Source of the DNA: Lentisphaerota bacterium
GTDB lineage: Bacteria > Verrucomicrobiota > Kiritimatiellia > UBA8416 > JAUUYL01
DNA length: 64,000 nucleotides
Direction of reading: 5' to 3'
Assembly (NCBI GenBank): GCA_030590485.1
Contig: JAUUYL010000001.1
Span: 21,760-85,759 of the forward strand
Positions 10,138 through 20,571 of the stretch are shown in pieces. Position 1 is the stretch's first letter. Each line of letters begins with the position of its first letter. Under the pieces are notes generated by a model. That model saw nothing but the letters and a program-made list of their open reading frames with translations, was not told the DNA's origin and did not search any database. Position numbers and translations under genes: made by a program.

Positions 10138-11510
10138 TAGACCTTCTCCACAGGGGTATACCCCATAACACTATAATAAATATGCTTATAATCCTTCCAT
10201 CGCCACGAATCAAACCCTGAATTGTGCCACAGAACCGTAAATTCACCACGGTAACGTTTAGTAATATCATGCAACATCCTGAAACGCTTCTCAAAAGCCT
10301 GCACATCTAGTCCTTCGTAGTCACGCAAAGTAGAATCCATCACAATCAGAGGCCGCTCATACAAATCTAATTTCTCGCGAGTTAGCACATTGAAAACCGG
10401 ATACGAACAACAAATGCCACATCTAAATCCGGCTATGTCTGCGTAAGACATACTACTTTCCCATTCAAATCCGTGGTCAGCCCACAATTGCCATGTGTCA
10501 GGCACCTTGAATTCGAGATAATGCTGTCTCCCGGACACAAGAGGTTCTCTACATACGGACTGAAGCCTTTTCAATTCATCACCCCACAAATCCTTGTTCC
10601 CCGCCGTGCCAGCTCCAGGGTGATACCCCACTTCGTGCCCACGGTCATAGATATTGTCTATCGTCTCCTTTAAAAAAGGATTATCATAATCATACGTGCA
10701 ACTCCGACTGGATGATCCTGCGCCCATAAAAAAGAACCTAGATTTAACTCCCGTCTCCTCTGAGACATCCATTATATTGTCGTAAACAATATACTCATCC
10801 CGCGCGCCCCAAACTCGGCTACCTAAATAATTCCTTGTGTCGGACATAACCCCACGCAGTGATCTTTCAATCAGCAAGTCTCGCGCAATAGCTTTCGGGT
10901 AGCTGAGCATATTACTCCAACGCATTAAGTGATCAACATCATGAGTAGGCACCAACGAAAAACTGATCTTTTTCCTCTCTTGCTCAAGCCCAAGAGCCTT
11001 AAGCATATTGTAAAGCGTATCCGCATACTCGTTGACAACCGGTCTATCCAGAAAACCGCTACGGCAGGCCAAACTGGCCGCCCCAGGAAAACGCCCATAA
11101 ACATCACCAGCCGACACAGCAACCTCTTCCCACCGCGTCAACATGAAGAAAGACGAGGAAAAGATATCAACTCCGCACAATATCTTTTTAAGGCCAGAAT
11201 CTTCAATAAGTTCGATCTTGCTGTCTCCAAATATAACCACCAAATCATCTTCGGGGGAAAATTCGCTCGTAGCGTACTTTGCTTTCGCAGGAATATTCGC
11301 CTCATCAATATATCCATCTGCCTCCGAAAAAAGTGAAAAGAAAGAATCCTGAATCTCGATCTCATTGCCATTTTTAAGCAGTATTCGACAACATTCAGCA
11401 TTTCCCCCTACATCAACGACATATTCCAACCCCAGCAAATCACCAAAAATCACATCGCATGTATACTTTCGCTCTGCCTCAAAACTATTTGAAATAACAA
11501 TCTTCAGCAT
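10137..11510 (-). CDS. hypothetical protein with CE4 (NodB)-like polysaccharide deacetylase motifs
   Basis: VPTHDVDH (TFDDG-like) and GHEVGYHPG (H-x-x-x-H metal motif). 457 aa. Confidence 0.4.
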   Translation of the reverse strand: MLKIVISNSFEAERKYTCDVIFGDLLGLEYVVDVGGNAECCRILLKNGNEIEIQDSFFSLFSEADGYIDEANIPAKAKYATSEFSPEDDLVVIFGDSKIELIEDSGLKKILCGVDIFSSSFFMLTRWEEVAVSAGDVYGRFPGAASLACRSGFLDRPVVNEYADTLYNMLKALGLEQERKKISFSLVPTHDVDHLMRWSNMLSYPKAIARDLLIERSLRGVMSDTRNYLGSRVWGARDEYIVYDNIMDVSEETGVKSRFFFMGAGSSSRSCTYDYDNPFLKETIDNIYDRGHEVGYHPGAGTAGNKDLWGDELKRLQSVCREPLVSGRQHYLEFKVPDTWQLWADHGFEWESSMSYADIAGFRCGICCSYPVFNVLTREKLDLYERPLIVMDSTLRDYEGLDVQAFEKRFRMLHDITKRYRGEFTVLWHNSGFDSWRWKDYKHIYYSVMGYTPVEKV

Positions 11511-11516
11511 ATCTAA

Positions 11517-12500
11517 TTACCTATTGCGGAGAAATTGACGCAAATCACGGAGAATGTGCTTAATGTAGGGAAGCCAGGCATTGTACTTCTCTACCTTGAA
11601 ATACGTCTTCTGAACTGCGCCAAAGCCCCTGAAGAAACGTTCTACCGACTCAATCATAGAACCCTCAAAGTCGAATGTCTTCGTTACAGTAGATGAAAAA
11701 CGTATTGCATCCCAAAGACACAAACTTGAGGCGCCGCTATTGCGCAACTCCGGATCAGCGCCTCCAACCAGATAATACGCAGAACATTGATCCCAAACCA
11801 CAAAAGCCACAGCATGGGTTCGTCCCGCTGAATCGACAGCAAAGAACATCTTGCCTGCACCTTTCTCCCTGCAGGCTAAATACAGTTTCTCAAAAAACGC
11901 CAAAGTATAAGGCATGCGTTTCCCTTGTCGCTTAAACGTCAATTCAGCCACTCGATAAAACTCCTCCACAGAAAGATTATTGACGACCTCCAGCTGTTTT
12001 TCTGCCTTTCGGACATCGCTCTTTATATTGTCCTTAAAACCCGACCAAACATCATCAAGGTTCTCTAGCTCTTCAATAACATACGTATATCTTGTGTTTT
12101 GCGAATAGCCCTTCCAAAAAAAAGGTAGCCAGTTTGTTATTGAGTAGTGAAAGTTCTGACCGAAATAATCATGTTTAGGAAGCTGCCCCATCAACCCCTG
12201 CATAATATCTTTCTGCTGAGCTAACTGCTTTGCATATTTAGCTGTCGAAGGCGCAATCCACGGCCCCAAAGTCTGCGTCAACAGAGGCTGCACTATCGAA
12301 GAAGAACCACATTCCGATTTAACATAGTAAGGCAGAGCCCCTAGCACTCTGCCGCTCTTCTCCTCGAGTGCAACATCCCAATTAGCTTCGCCACAAACGA
12401 CATCCAGCCACCACGCCTGAGAAAACAATCGTATAGCATTACATTCGCCACACAACTCCATATACTTGGCTTTATTCTTTGAACTCATCATTTGTTCCAA
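11517..12500 (-). CDS. FemAB/GNAT-fold acyltransferase-like protein (peptidoglycan-bridge-formation-like)
   Basis: 327 aa. Weak resemblance to the FemAB/BioF2-like acetyltransferase family that recurs in EPS loci. No strong motif. Confidence 0.35.
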   Translation of the reverse strand: MEQMMSSKNKAKYMELCGECNAIRLFSQAWWLDVVCGEANWDVALEEKSGRVLGALPYYVKSECGSSSIVQPLLTQTLGPWIAPSTAKYAKQLAQQKDIMQGLMGQLPKHDYFGQNFHYSITNWLPFFWKGYSQNTRYTYVIEELENLDDVWSGFKDNIKSDVRKAEKQLEVVNNLSVEEFYRVAELTFKRQGKRMPYTLAFFEKLYLACREKGAGKMFFAVDSAGRTHAVAFVVWDQCSAYYLVGGADPELRNSGASSLCLWDAIRFSSTVTKTFDFEGSMIESVERFFRGFGAVQKTYFKVEKYNAWLPYIKHILRDLRQFLRNR

Positions 12501-13429
12501 TCTAATTTATCAATCTCTTCATTTATGATGCTGCATACCTCGTCATCCAACGCCCTTTCGTTTGTAAACGAAAATCTGGAAACCTCGAGACGCTGCTTCT
12601 CTCTTGCACCAATAAACTTAATTAACTCAGGTATCTTGCTAGCAATATCAGCATAGCCTACCCTTGCAATGTTCTCGGCTGGAAACAGTTGCAAATCCTC
12701 ATCTATCTGCCTCTCAATTGAATACACCTGATTGACAATCTTAGCATAAAGCGGCAAAGATTGAATCCCCTCATAATCTTTTGGCATAACGCTCCACCAA
12801 GATGAATCAGCCACACCCAATGCCCTGCGTGCCTTTATAATGGACTGCACCGTATAGAACGGATTGCGCTTAAGATAAATAAAGCGAGCATCTGGACATA
12901 CATCCTTCAACAATCGCAACCTCTGTCCGGCATTGAGATTCTTGAACAAAAATGGCTTTTGGTGGTGTTCAATTATACTGTAAATAATATTCCTTATTTC
13001 GCAAACTGACGCATCAGAGATCTCGCCTACATCGACAAAATGATGATCACGAGGAAGCCATCGATACCAGAAACCAGGACATTCACTTGGAGCGTGCCAC
13101 CCTTTGGATACACCATTCTCCGACACAAAGACGTCATGCCCCCGATCCTTATATATCGCCTGAGATAAATTAACACCCGCATAAAGGTTTTTGCAGAGTA
13201 TATCCGCTAAATTATCAACATACAGAACATCACTGATATGCGTCAGAATCTGACAAAGTATTGTAGATCCTGTTCTAGGCGCACCTATTATAAAGATCGG
13301 GCTCAAACCAGAAGACAAACCCGACACATTCGCCCCTCTCTCATAAATCAACTTTATGAGAGGTGCATTAATGTACGTCAGATGCCTAAGTCCACTAACC
13401 GCCAACTGGCTTATTGCCCTCATATTCAC
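12488..13429 (-). CDS. sulfotransferase (PAPS-dependent)
   Basis: 5'-PSB P-loop IFIIGAPRTGSTILCQIL. Length 313 aa. Confidence 0.7.
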   Translation of the reverse strand: MNMRAISQLAVSGLRHLTYINAPLIKLIYERGANVSGLSSGLSPIFIIGAPRTGSTILCQILTHISDVLYVDNLADILCKNLYAGVNLSQAIYKDRGHDVFVSENGVSKGWHAPSECPGFWYRWLPRDHHFVDVGEISDASVCEIRNIIYSIIEHHQKPFLFKNLNAGQRLRLLKDVCPDARFIYLKRNPFYTVQSIIKARRALGVADSSWWSVMPKDYEGIQSLPLYAKIVNQVYSIERQIDEDLQLFPAENIARVGYADIASKIPELIKFIGAREKQRLEVSRFSFTNERALDDEVCSIINEEIDKLDWNK

Positions 13430-13961
13430 CTATTTCTTTAATAATTCGCGCAGGGTTACCAGCAATCAAAATATTGCCGTCTGGGAAACTTTTTGTCACC
13501 ACACTTCCTGCGGCAACTATTGTATGTGCCCCCAACTCTACCGACGGTAAAATGATTGCATTTGCCCCAATCCAACAATTGTCTTCAATAACAATGGGTT
13601 TAGCACTTGTATATTGGCTATAATCACAGAGATCATGATTCCGACTTATTATAGACACTCGCGGCCCAACCCACACATTCTTCTTGAAAACAATTCCATT
13701 TCTGCCATCAAGATAGCAATATGGCGACAAGCCCGGACAACGCGTGCCAGGATTAATCTTGCTTGAAGCGTGAATTACAGAGCTATGATGTACAGGCCAA
13801 GCGGTAGCCCTGTTGACGCCAAATATTCTCTGAACAACACCTCGCTTCAAGAGAATTAGAGGCGAAAACAGAGACGCATTCTTTCTGCAGTTAAAATAAA
13901 ATATGAACGCTAACGCCAGAGAGAAGGCCACATATATCTTACGAATCATTTTGACGGCCAT
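13395..13961 (-). CDS. hexapeptide-repeat (LbH) O-acetyltransferase
   Basis: NCWIGANAIILPSVELGAHTIVAAGSVVTKSFPDGNILIAGNPARIIK hexapeptide repeats. Confidence 0.75.
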   Translation of the reverse strand: MAVKMIRKIYVAFSLALAFIFYFNCRKNASLFSPLILLKRGVVQRIFGVNRATAWPVHHSSVIHASSKINPGTRCPGLSPYCYLDGRNGIVFKKNVWVGPRVSIISRNHDLCDYSQYTSAKPIVIEDNCWIGANAIILPSVELGAHTIVAAGSVVTKSFPDGNILIAGNPARIIKEIGEYEGNKPVGG

Positions 13962-14962
13962 TATTTCAACCTTTTTAGTAGTTTTGATCTTTCTTTACGA
14001 ATGCGCCAGTCATAATCTGATTTCTTCAGCGACGCAAACACACGCATAAACCGCGACACTATCTCGCCACTCACAACATCGTACATCTTTATGCGCCCGG
14101 ATAAAGAAGGGCGGTGGCGGCTTTCCGCCTGATAACCCAATTCTTTCATTACGTCCCAGCATATGCTCTCAATAATCCTGATGTCTCTTGCCGACATCTC
14201 ATTCCTGTATTTATTACTGTTCCCAGCGATTGTCGGTTTATCCAGGTTTGCCCATTCTTCAGCCATGCCCCGACCTTCTTTAGCTGCCTCCTGCTTGAGC
14301 CTGCCCGATTCTTTGACACCAAGATATTGCAGTATGCCTTCCAACGCTACATCCTCATTTTCAATAAAATGCTCATATGAAACAGAAAATACCGAGTCAG
14401 CAGAAAGATGGGATCTTAGCGCTATACACGACTCCTGCTCCCTCCGCCACATCTCGCTTATACGCACAACACTGCCGGTCATCAATGTGCGCTTCAGCTG
14501 GCTCAAGACAACATCCCGAGGATCTCGATGCAAATAAACGAAGCGAGCGTCCGGGATGCACCGCCGTATCACATGCGCATATTCAAACAAATGATTATCC
14601 TTACAGAAATAGCTCCGAAAACCTTTTTCCTGCGCATATCTCATTTGCAGATAATGAGACAAAAGAACTGAGTTGCGTAGTTCAAATTGAAGCGTGTAAT
14701 CATCATATACTTCTTCTGCCGTTACTTTCATGCCCCACGGAGAGAAATGGACATAACATAATGACAAGGCATCATTTATCATATCAATAAAATTCTCTTT
14801 CTCAAACAAATCACCATACACATACTCACGATGGTACAAGTGTTTCAAAAAATGAGCGGGGGAAGGACCAAAATAGATATCCTGGCGTTCAGAAATCCTA
14901 CGTCGCAATAGATTTGTACCACTACGTTCTGAGGCCAGAAGAAATACAGGAGGATATTTCAT
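13961..14962 (-). CDS. sulfotransferase (PAPS-dependent)
   Basis: PVFLLASERSGTNLLRRRI (5'-PSB) and VYLHRDPRDVVLSQ (3'-PB). Start probably MKYPPVF...; the track ORF extends to 14995. Confidence 0.7.
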   Translation of the reverse strand: MKYPPVFLLASERSGTNLLRRRISERQDIYFGPSPAHFLKHLYHREYVYGDLFEKENFIDMINDALSLCYVHFSPWGMKVTAEEVYDDYTLQFELRNSVLLSHYLQMRYAQEKGFRSYFCKDNHLFEYAHVIRRCIPDARFVYLHRDPRDVVLSQLKRTLMTGSVVRISEMWRREQESCIALRSHLSADSVFSVSYEHFIENEDVALEGILQYLGVKESGRLKQEAAKEGRGMAEEWANLDKPTIAGNSNKYRNEMSARDIRIIESICWDVMKELGYQAESRHRPSLSGRIKMYDVVSGEIVSRFMRVFASLKKSDYDWRIRKERSKLLKRLK

Positions 14963-14967
14963 GTCAT

Positions 14968-16221
14968 TCACTTTAGTCTCCTTGAATATATACAACTCAA
15001 ATAAACACTTATTAAAACCTGCACTACAGCAACAACACTCATGATTACAGAATACAACAACAGCACAGAGCTGAACTCATCGAAATACATGCTTCCAAAA
15101 TATATAGATGCAAATGAAGCCACAAGTAATGCACCCTGAAAATAGAGTCCCACTTCCTGTCGCTCATACATAGCAAAGCCACCAAGGCACTTTGACACAA
15201 AGGAAAACAGAAGGTAAATACAAAGAATAGCGACATACCCCTGGACCGGCTCCCACTTATCGCCAAGGATAAACACAAAACAGTTATATTTAGACAGAAG
15301 ATAAAAACATGTGGAAATAAAAACCGAGAGAATACTCATCAGCAAACAGATGCGCAAGACATCCCGAAATACTGGTTGCTTGTTCGCAATTTTCTTAGTC
15401 ACTCTCTGAGATATCACCTGCCTCATGCTTTGCGACAGAAGGTTAAGAGGCACTAACACCAGGCGCCTTGACATAAAAAACCATCCGAGAACCCCTTCGC
15501 CCCAAAAATGACGAATCAAAAAACTTGGCAAGTGATTTCCTCCCATATTAAGAAATGCCGCGGGAGTCGAATATATCGGAAATTTTCGATAGCGCCAGAA
15601 GGCATACTTCAAATATCTGAACGAAACAGATGACTCAAAAAAGAATGCTCGAGCAGCAACCAACATGCACCCTGCAGCAAGAAGAAATATCAAATTAGCT
15701 GACACATAACCAATAACAAGACCGCCTTCACGACCGACCAAACTCATCTGCAAAAGCAACACCGTCAACGGTTTACATACGGTCAACCCCGCACACAAGC
15801 CAAATGCCTCTTTTTTCAGAAGGTAGTTATAAAACGCAAGGTAATAGGTAGTGGCAACAGCACAAACTACAGCCTGCCACGGCTCCACGCCTGCAAATAC
15901 CTTTGAAAACACACCCTGCAAAACACAAAAGAGCCCATAACATACCGGAGACAAGACAACAGGAAGCAACAACGATAAGACAAACATATGGCAAGTCAAA
16001 ACCTTTAACTTGGGCAGCATGACACCAAACTCATATCGCAACCCCAAAAGAACAGACAACAGAGCAGAAGAGGACATCATTATGCTCAACACACCAAACT
16101 GGTGCGAAGAATAAGCTCGAGAAAGAAAAGGGATAAACAGAAATGTTAAAAACTGAACCAAGACATTGCCCGTGACAATCATCCCGTAATCTCTCAGTAA
16201 TCTAGTCTTCAAAAACATCAA
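14968..16221 (-). CDS. Wzx-type polysaccharide flippase (MOP superfamily)
   Basis: 417 aa with ~12 TM helices. Positioned inside the glycan locus. Confidence 0.65.
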   Translation of the reverse strand: MMFLKTRLLRDYGMIVTGNVLVQFLTFLFIPFLSRAYSSHQFGVLSIMMSSSALLSVLLGLRYEFGVMLPKLKVLTCHMFVLSLLLPVVLSPVCYGLFCVLQGVFSKVFAGVEPWQAVVCAVATTYYLAFYNYLLKKEAFGLCAGLTVCKPLTVLLLQMSLVGREGGLVIGYVSANLIFLLAAGCMLVAARAFFFESSVSFRYLKYAFWRYRKFPIYSTPAAFLNMGGNHLPSFLIRHFWGEGVLGWFFMSRRLVLVPLNLLSQSMRQVISQRVTKKIANKQPVFRDVLRICLLMSILSVFISTCFYLLSKYNCFVFILGDKWEPVQGYVAILCIYLLFSFVSKCLGGFAMYERQEVGLYFQGALLVASFASIYFGSMYFDEFSSVLLLYSVIMSVVAVVQVLISVYLSCIYSRRLK

Positions 16222-16241
16222 GCCTTCCTCTGAAAATCAAC

Positions 16242-17327
16242 TCAGCCACGAGTACAGGCGACAATATCAGCAACAAGGGACGATGCATCACCTTCTCCAT
16301 AGCTGGCAATAATGCGCCCCTCTGACCCCATCATACTCGAGACGGCATCGCCCATCGCAGCTGGCTCCGCATCTACAAGAATATTCCACCCCGCATCTAC
16401 AAGTTCGACCCACTCAGTCGAAGGCCTTACCGTCACGCAGGGTGTAGCATTGAAATAGGCTTCTTTCTGAACTCCGCCGCTGTCAGTTATGATGAGCCGT
16501 GCGCCCTGCTCCAAACGCAACATATCAATGTAGCCGACAGGATCTATCAACTTCAAATTCCCGGCAGAATCAACCGCAGACATCAGCCCAAGCACATCAA
16601 GTTGCTTGACAAGACGCGGATGCGCAGGCAACACAACAATCATATCCAATCCAATAAAGCCCTCTACAATACCTCTAAGCCTAGTGACGTTATCCGTATT
16701 AAAATCCCTGTGAATTGTAGCGAGAACATACCCAGCGTCTTCAAGCGAAAGGAGAGCTAGAACATCACTGTTTTCTCTCGCCATTTCGCCAAAATGCAAC
16801 GTGGCGTCATACATAACGTCACCAACCAAATGAACATTCTCAATCAGGCCTTCTCCCTCAAGATTAGATACCGATGTCTCCGTGGGACAGAACAACAGGC
16901 TGGACAGGTGATCGACCACTACCCGATTAACCTCCTCCGGCATAGATCTGTCAAAACTACGCAAACCAGCTTCAACATGAGCAACAGGAACGCCCAGCTT
17001 CGAAGCAACAAGCGCCCCAGCTAAAGTGGCATTGGTGTCTCCATATACTAGAACCACATCAGGTCGATGATCAATACACACCTCCTCTATACGTATCATA
17101 GCCTCGCCAGTCTGATACGCATGCCCTCCGGAACCAATACCGAGATTAATATCCGGTCTGCCAATTCCCATCTCGTCAAAGAATACCTTCGACATATTCT
17201 CATCATAATGCTGCCCCGTATGCACCAATGTCTCCTCGATAGACAAATGCTTAAAGGCCCTGGAAACCATGGCGGCCTTAACAAATTGAGGGCGGGCCCC
17301 AACAACAGATAACACTGATATCGACAT
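16242..17327 (-). CDS. wecB: UDP-N-acetylglucosamine 2-epimerase (non-hydrolysing)
   Basis: VVGARPQFVKAA, HTGQHYD, DVVLVYGDTNATLAGALVASKLGVPVAHVEAGLRSF... is the canonical WecB/MnaA signature. Confidence 0.9.
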   Translation of the reverse strand: MSISVLSVVGARPQFVKAAMVSRAFKHLSIEETLVHTGQHYDENMSKVFFDEMGIGRPDINLGIGSGGHAYQTGEAMIRIEEVCIDHRPDVVLVYGDTNATLAGALVASKLGVPVAHVEAGLRSFDRSMPEEVNRVVVDHLSSLLFCPTETSVSNLEGEGLIENVHLVGDVMYDATLHFGEMARENSDVLALLSLEDAGYVLATIHRDFNTDNVTRLRGIVEGFIGLDMIVVLPAHPRLVKQLDVLGLMSAVDSAGNLKLIDPVGYIDMLRLEQGARLIITDSGGVQKEAYFNATPCVTVRPSTEWVELVDAGWNILVDAEPAAMGDAVSSMMGSEGRIIASYGEGDASSLVADIVACTRG

Positions 17328-17457
17328 ATTAATCTACAATCTTCTTAGTCTGCGCTTAATGAATTGGGCGAATATCAAGGCATTATCATAATCAAACCAT
17401 GCTTTAATGTGAACTCTTTTCTTGATATGTGCGTGTATTACAATATTCTATTGACGG

Positions 17458-19341
17458 ATGAGTAACCTAACTACCAAACTAACCAAAACTGTCCGATCAA
17501 ATACAGTTTTGCGTAAAGTCATTATTCTTGTGTGGCACATTACAGGAATATCTCTGGCCTACTACCTCGCGTTTCTCCTTCGCTTTGACGGTCATATACC
17601 AGCCCAATTTATCGGAAAACTCACAGGAACCATCCCCTATCTACTTGTCATCAATATCGTTGTATTCTCTCTTTTCAGCCTTTATTCAGGGATATGGGCT
17701 TACTTCAGCATACACGACCTCCTGCGCATCCTACGAGCCCTCGCAGTGTCCTTCGGCCTCTTTCTTTTCACTATTTACTTTGCAATGGGTTGCTCGTTTG
17801 CCGGATACCCAAGGTCTGTCAGTCTAGTGACATTCCTGATTCTGACTGCATGGCTGACAGGAGGCCGTCTTCTAATCAGGTGCGCTAGGGAAGCCTACGC
17901 CAACAATCAAACCAATGGCAATGACGCAAAAAAACAAACACTCGTAGTCGGCAACCTGTCGGATATTAACAGCCTTATTCACAGCATGCCTCAATCTATG
18001 GCCATTGTCGGAATAGTGACAGACGAAAAAGAGCGCCACAAACTTACTATGCGAGGAATCAAGGTTCACGGCCCCACAAGCAAAACAGGCGCAATAGCGA
18101 AGAAAATTGACATCAATCACATTCTGCTTCTTCCCCCATACACACAACCAAAGCACATGAACGAAATAGTAACGCAGTGCGAAAAAGCAGAAGTAACATG
18201 CACATTCCAGATGATACCATCCATAGCTGAGCTGACAGCCGGCAACATCGAGTTTTCCAGCATTAGAAAAGTTGAACTGGAGGATTTACTAGGAAGGCCG
18301 GAACTCACATTCGACAGGGATCCAGTCACAGAAATGATAGAAGGCAAGAATATCCTTGTGACAGGAGCAGGCGGCAGTATTGGTTCTGAACTCGTCAGGC
18401 AAATAGCACACTATAAGCCATCCAAACTCGTCCTCCTAGATAACAGCGAATACAACCTTTACACCATCGATATGGAGATAAATGCATCCAAAAACAATAT
18501 TGCCTCCATACCTATTGCGGGAGACATCAAGGATAAAGATTTGATAAGGCAAGTCATGAGCGATCACAACATTAACATCGTTCTGCATGCGGCCGCATAC
18601 AAACACGTCAACATGATGGAACTGAATGTGCCGGCCTGCATACAAAACAACACGCTGGGAACATCTTGCATTGCAACAGAGGCCGAATTCGCCGGAGTCG
18701 AAAAATTCATACTTGTCTCTACAGACAAAGCCGTTCGACCTACTAGTGTGATGGGCGCAAGCAAAAGACTTGCTGAACGAATACTTGAAGACCGACCGCC
18801 CTCAAACACCACATTCGTAACCGTACGCTTCGGAAACGTACTCGGCTCCAGCGGCAGTGTGATTCCTCTGTTCAAGAAACAAATCGCAGCCGGAGGCCCA
18901 CTCACCGTCACCAGCGACAAAGCGACACGTTTTTTCATGTCAATCCCAGAAGCGGTTGATCTCATCCTGCAAGCTGGCACCATTGGCAAGGATAGAGAAA
19001 TAATGGTTCTCGAAATGGGTGAACCAATAAAAGTTATTGATATGGCGAAACGTCTGATTGAGCTTTCCGGTCTGCGGGCAGAAGATGACATCAAAATAAA
19101 GATTACAGGGCTCAGACCAGGAGAAAAAGAGTACGAAGAAATTATGACCGACAACGAAGACGTGGTCAGAACTCCCTACGACAAGATCTGGGTGATGAAG
19201 AACAACAACGAATCCCACCCTCCGGCTATCGATACCCCCCGTCTGAATATGCTTATCGGCAAGCAGGATGAATCGGGACTGCGGAAAGAAATAGCCAGGC
19301 TCATTCCAGAAGCCATGCCTGACATTACAGTCATCAGATAA
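17458..19341 (+). CDS. capD: membrane-anchored UDP-GlcNAc 4,6-dehydratase / polysaccharide biosynthesis protein CapD (PglF/WbpM family)
   Basis: N-terminal TM segments. ILVTGAGGSIGSEL Rossmann motif, STDKAVRPTSVMGASKRLAE and RFGNVLGSSGSVIPLF. This is the only plus-strand gene inside the locus. Confidence 0.85.
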   Translation: MSNLTTKLTKTVRSNTVLRKVIILVWHITGISLAYYLAFLLRFDGHIPAQFIGKLTGTIPYLLVINIVVFSLFSLYSGIWAYFSIHDLLRILRALAVSFGLFLFTIYFAMGCSFAGYPRSVSLVTFLILTAWLTGGRLLIRCAREAYANNQTNGNDAKKQTLVVGNLSDINSLIHSMPQSMAIVGIVTDEKERHKLTMRGIKVHGPTSKTGAIAKKIDINHILLLPPYTQPKHMNEIVTQCEKAEVTCTFQMIPSIAELTAGNIEFSSIRKVELEDLLGRPELTFDRDPVTEMIEGKNILVTGAGGSIGSELVRQIAHYKPSKLVLLDNSEYNLYTIDMEINASKNNIASIPIAGDIKDKDLIRQVMSDHNINIVLHAAAYKHVNMMELNVPACIQNNTLGTSCIATEAEFAGVEKFILVSTDKAVRPTSVMGASKRLAERILEDRPPSNTTFVTVRFGNVLGSSGSVIPLFKKQIAAGGPLTVTSDKATRFFMSIPEAVDLILQAGTIGKDREIMVLEMGEPIKVIDMAKRLIELSGLRAEDDIKIKITGLRPGEKEYEEIMTDNEDVVRTPYDKIWVMKNNNESHPPAIDTPRLNMLIGKQDESGLRKEIARLIPEAMPDITVIR

Positions 19342-19401
19342 CCAACATTGCCAGCATCCTCGACAGCGCAGTTCACGCCCAACAATCAACATTCGAGCGC
19401 A

Positions 19402-20571
19402 TCACAACGAAAGAACCGAAGAATACGTATCGTACAGACTGTCCGTGGCGATATCCAACGAGAATCGCTCTTCAACCCTTTGCAATCCAGCCTGACCAAT
19501 CTGCACAGCCGCGCTTGCATCTCGCAATAACGATAGTACTGACTCCGACATTCCCTCTACATCATACGATGCGTGTAATATTGCCCCTCTACCATTCTCA
19601 GCTGCTTCATTCAAACCAGAAACGTCAGATGCCACAAGAGGCAACCCCGTCGCACCCGCCTCAATTGCAACCCGGCCAAATCCTTCAAAATGTGAGGGTA
19701 AAAGCATTAGGTTAGAAACTTGCATAAGATCAAAGACATCTGTTCTTCGCCCTAAAAGAAGAACCCTCCCCGACAGACCCAGTTTATCAATGCTCATTCT
19801 TATTTTATGCTCCAACGGACCCGAACCAACAAGCAACATTTTGACAGAAGGAAACGATGCATAAACTTTTTTAAAGATCTTCAGCAAGCCTTCGTGATTC
19901 TTTTGTCGTTTAAACGATCCGACGTGCAAGATAACACTTTCACCATCCTTGACACCTACGCTTTCCCTCAATTCGACTTTGGACTGGGCGCTCAGCAAAG
20001 CGGGACTCCGAACTCCATAATAAAGAACTTTCGAAGGCGACGCAATGGAACCGTAATCCTTCTCCAATGCTTCCAAGACACCCCGAGAACACCCCGTCAC
20101 CAAGGAAGAATATTGAAGGGCATAACGGATACTGCGGTTGCTATAATAGCCTCTCAATTGCTTCAATACTGGCGCCCGCAGCCATGTCTGCGCAGGAAAG
20201 ACAGTGTTATGGAAAGATGTGATTACCGGAACATTCAGCGACTTACATATCCAGACAGGCAATCCGCTGTACGCTTCAAGATGATTATGCACCACATCAT
20301 AGTTACGAGATCTAACCAACTTTTTAAGATCACGGACAAAACCTATGTGTAGCGGGGTCAATGGGCTCACAAACACCGAGCCTCCAGCATTTCGAATTTC
20401 ATCGGCCATGTCACCCTCATGCGTCCCCTTGCAGCAAACATCCATACTGCATTTCTTGCTCGGAATGGCATTGGACATAGAAACTATCCACTTTTCTATC
20501 CCACCAGGATCAAGTGTTGTCAGAAGATGCAATACTTTCATATCAAATTCCCCGCAGACAGATTGCGTCAT
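19402..20571 (-). CDS. glycosyltransferase family 4
   Basis: EGFGRVAIEAGATGLPLVASDVSGLNE (GT1 C-terminal domain). Confidence 0.8.
   Translation of the reverse strand: MTQSVCGEFDMKVLHLLTTLDPGGIEKWIVSMSNAIPSKKCSMDVCCKGTHEGDMADEIRNAGGSVFVSPLTPLHIGFVRDLKKLVRSRNYDVVHNHLEAYSGLPVWICKSLNVPVITSFHNTVFPAQTWLRAPVLKQLRGYYSNRSIRYALQYSSLVTGCSRGVLEALEKDYGSIASPSKVLYYGVRSPALLSAQSKVELRESVGVKDGESVILHVGSFKRQKNHEGLLKIFKKVYASFPSVKMLLVGSGPLEHKIRMSIDKLGLSGRVLLLGRRTDVFDLMQVSNLMLLPSHFEGFGRVAIEAGATGLPLVASDVSGLNEAAENGRGAILHASYDVEGMSESVLSLLRDASAAVQIGQAGLQRVEERFSLDIATDSLYDTYSSVLSL

Noticed and set aside
19342-19401. Possible bidirectional terminator between convergent capD and the GT at 19402
   Set aside because: No convincing GC-rich hairpin or T-tract in the 60-bp spacer.
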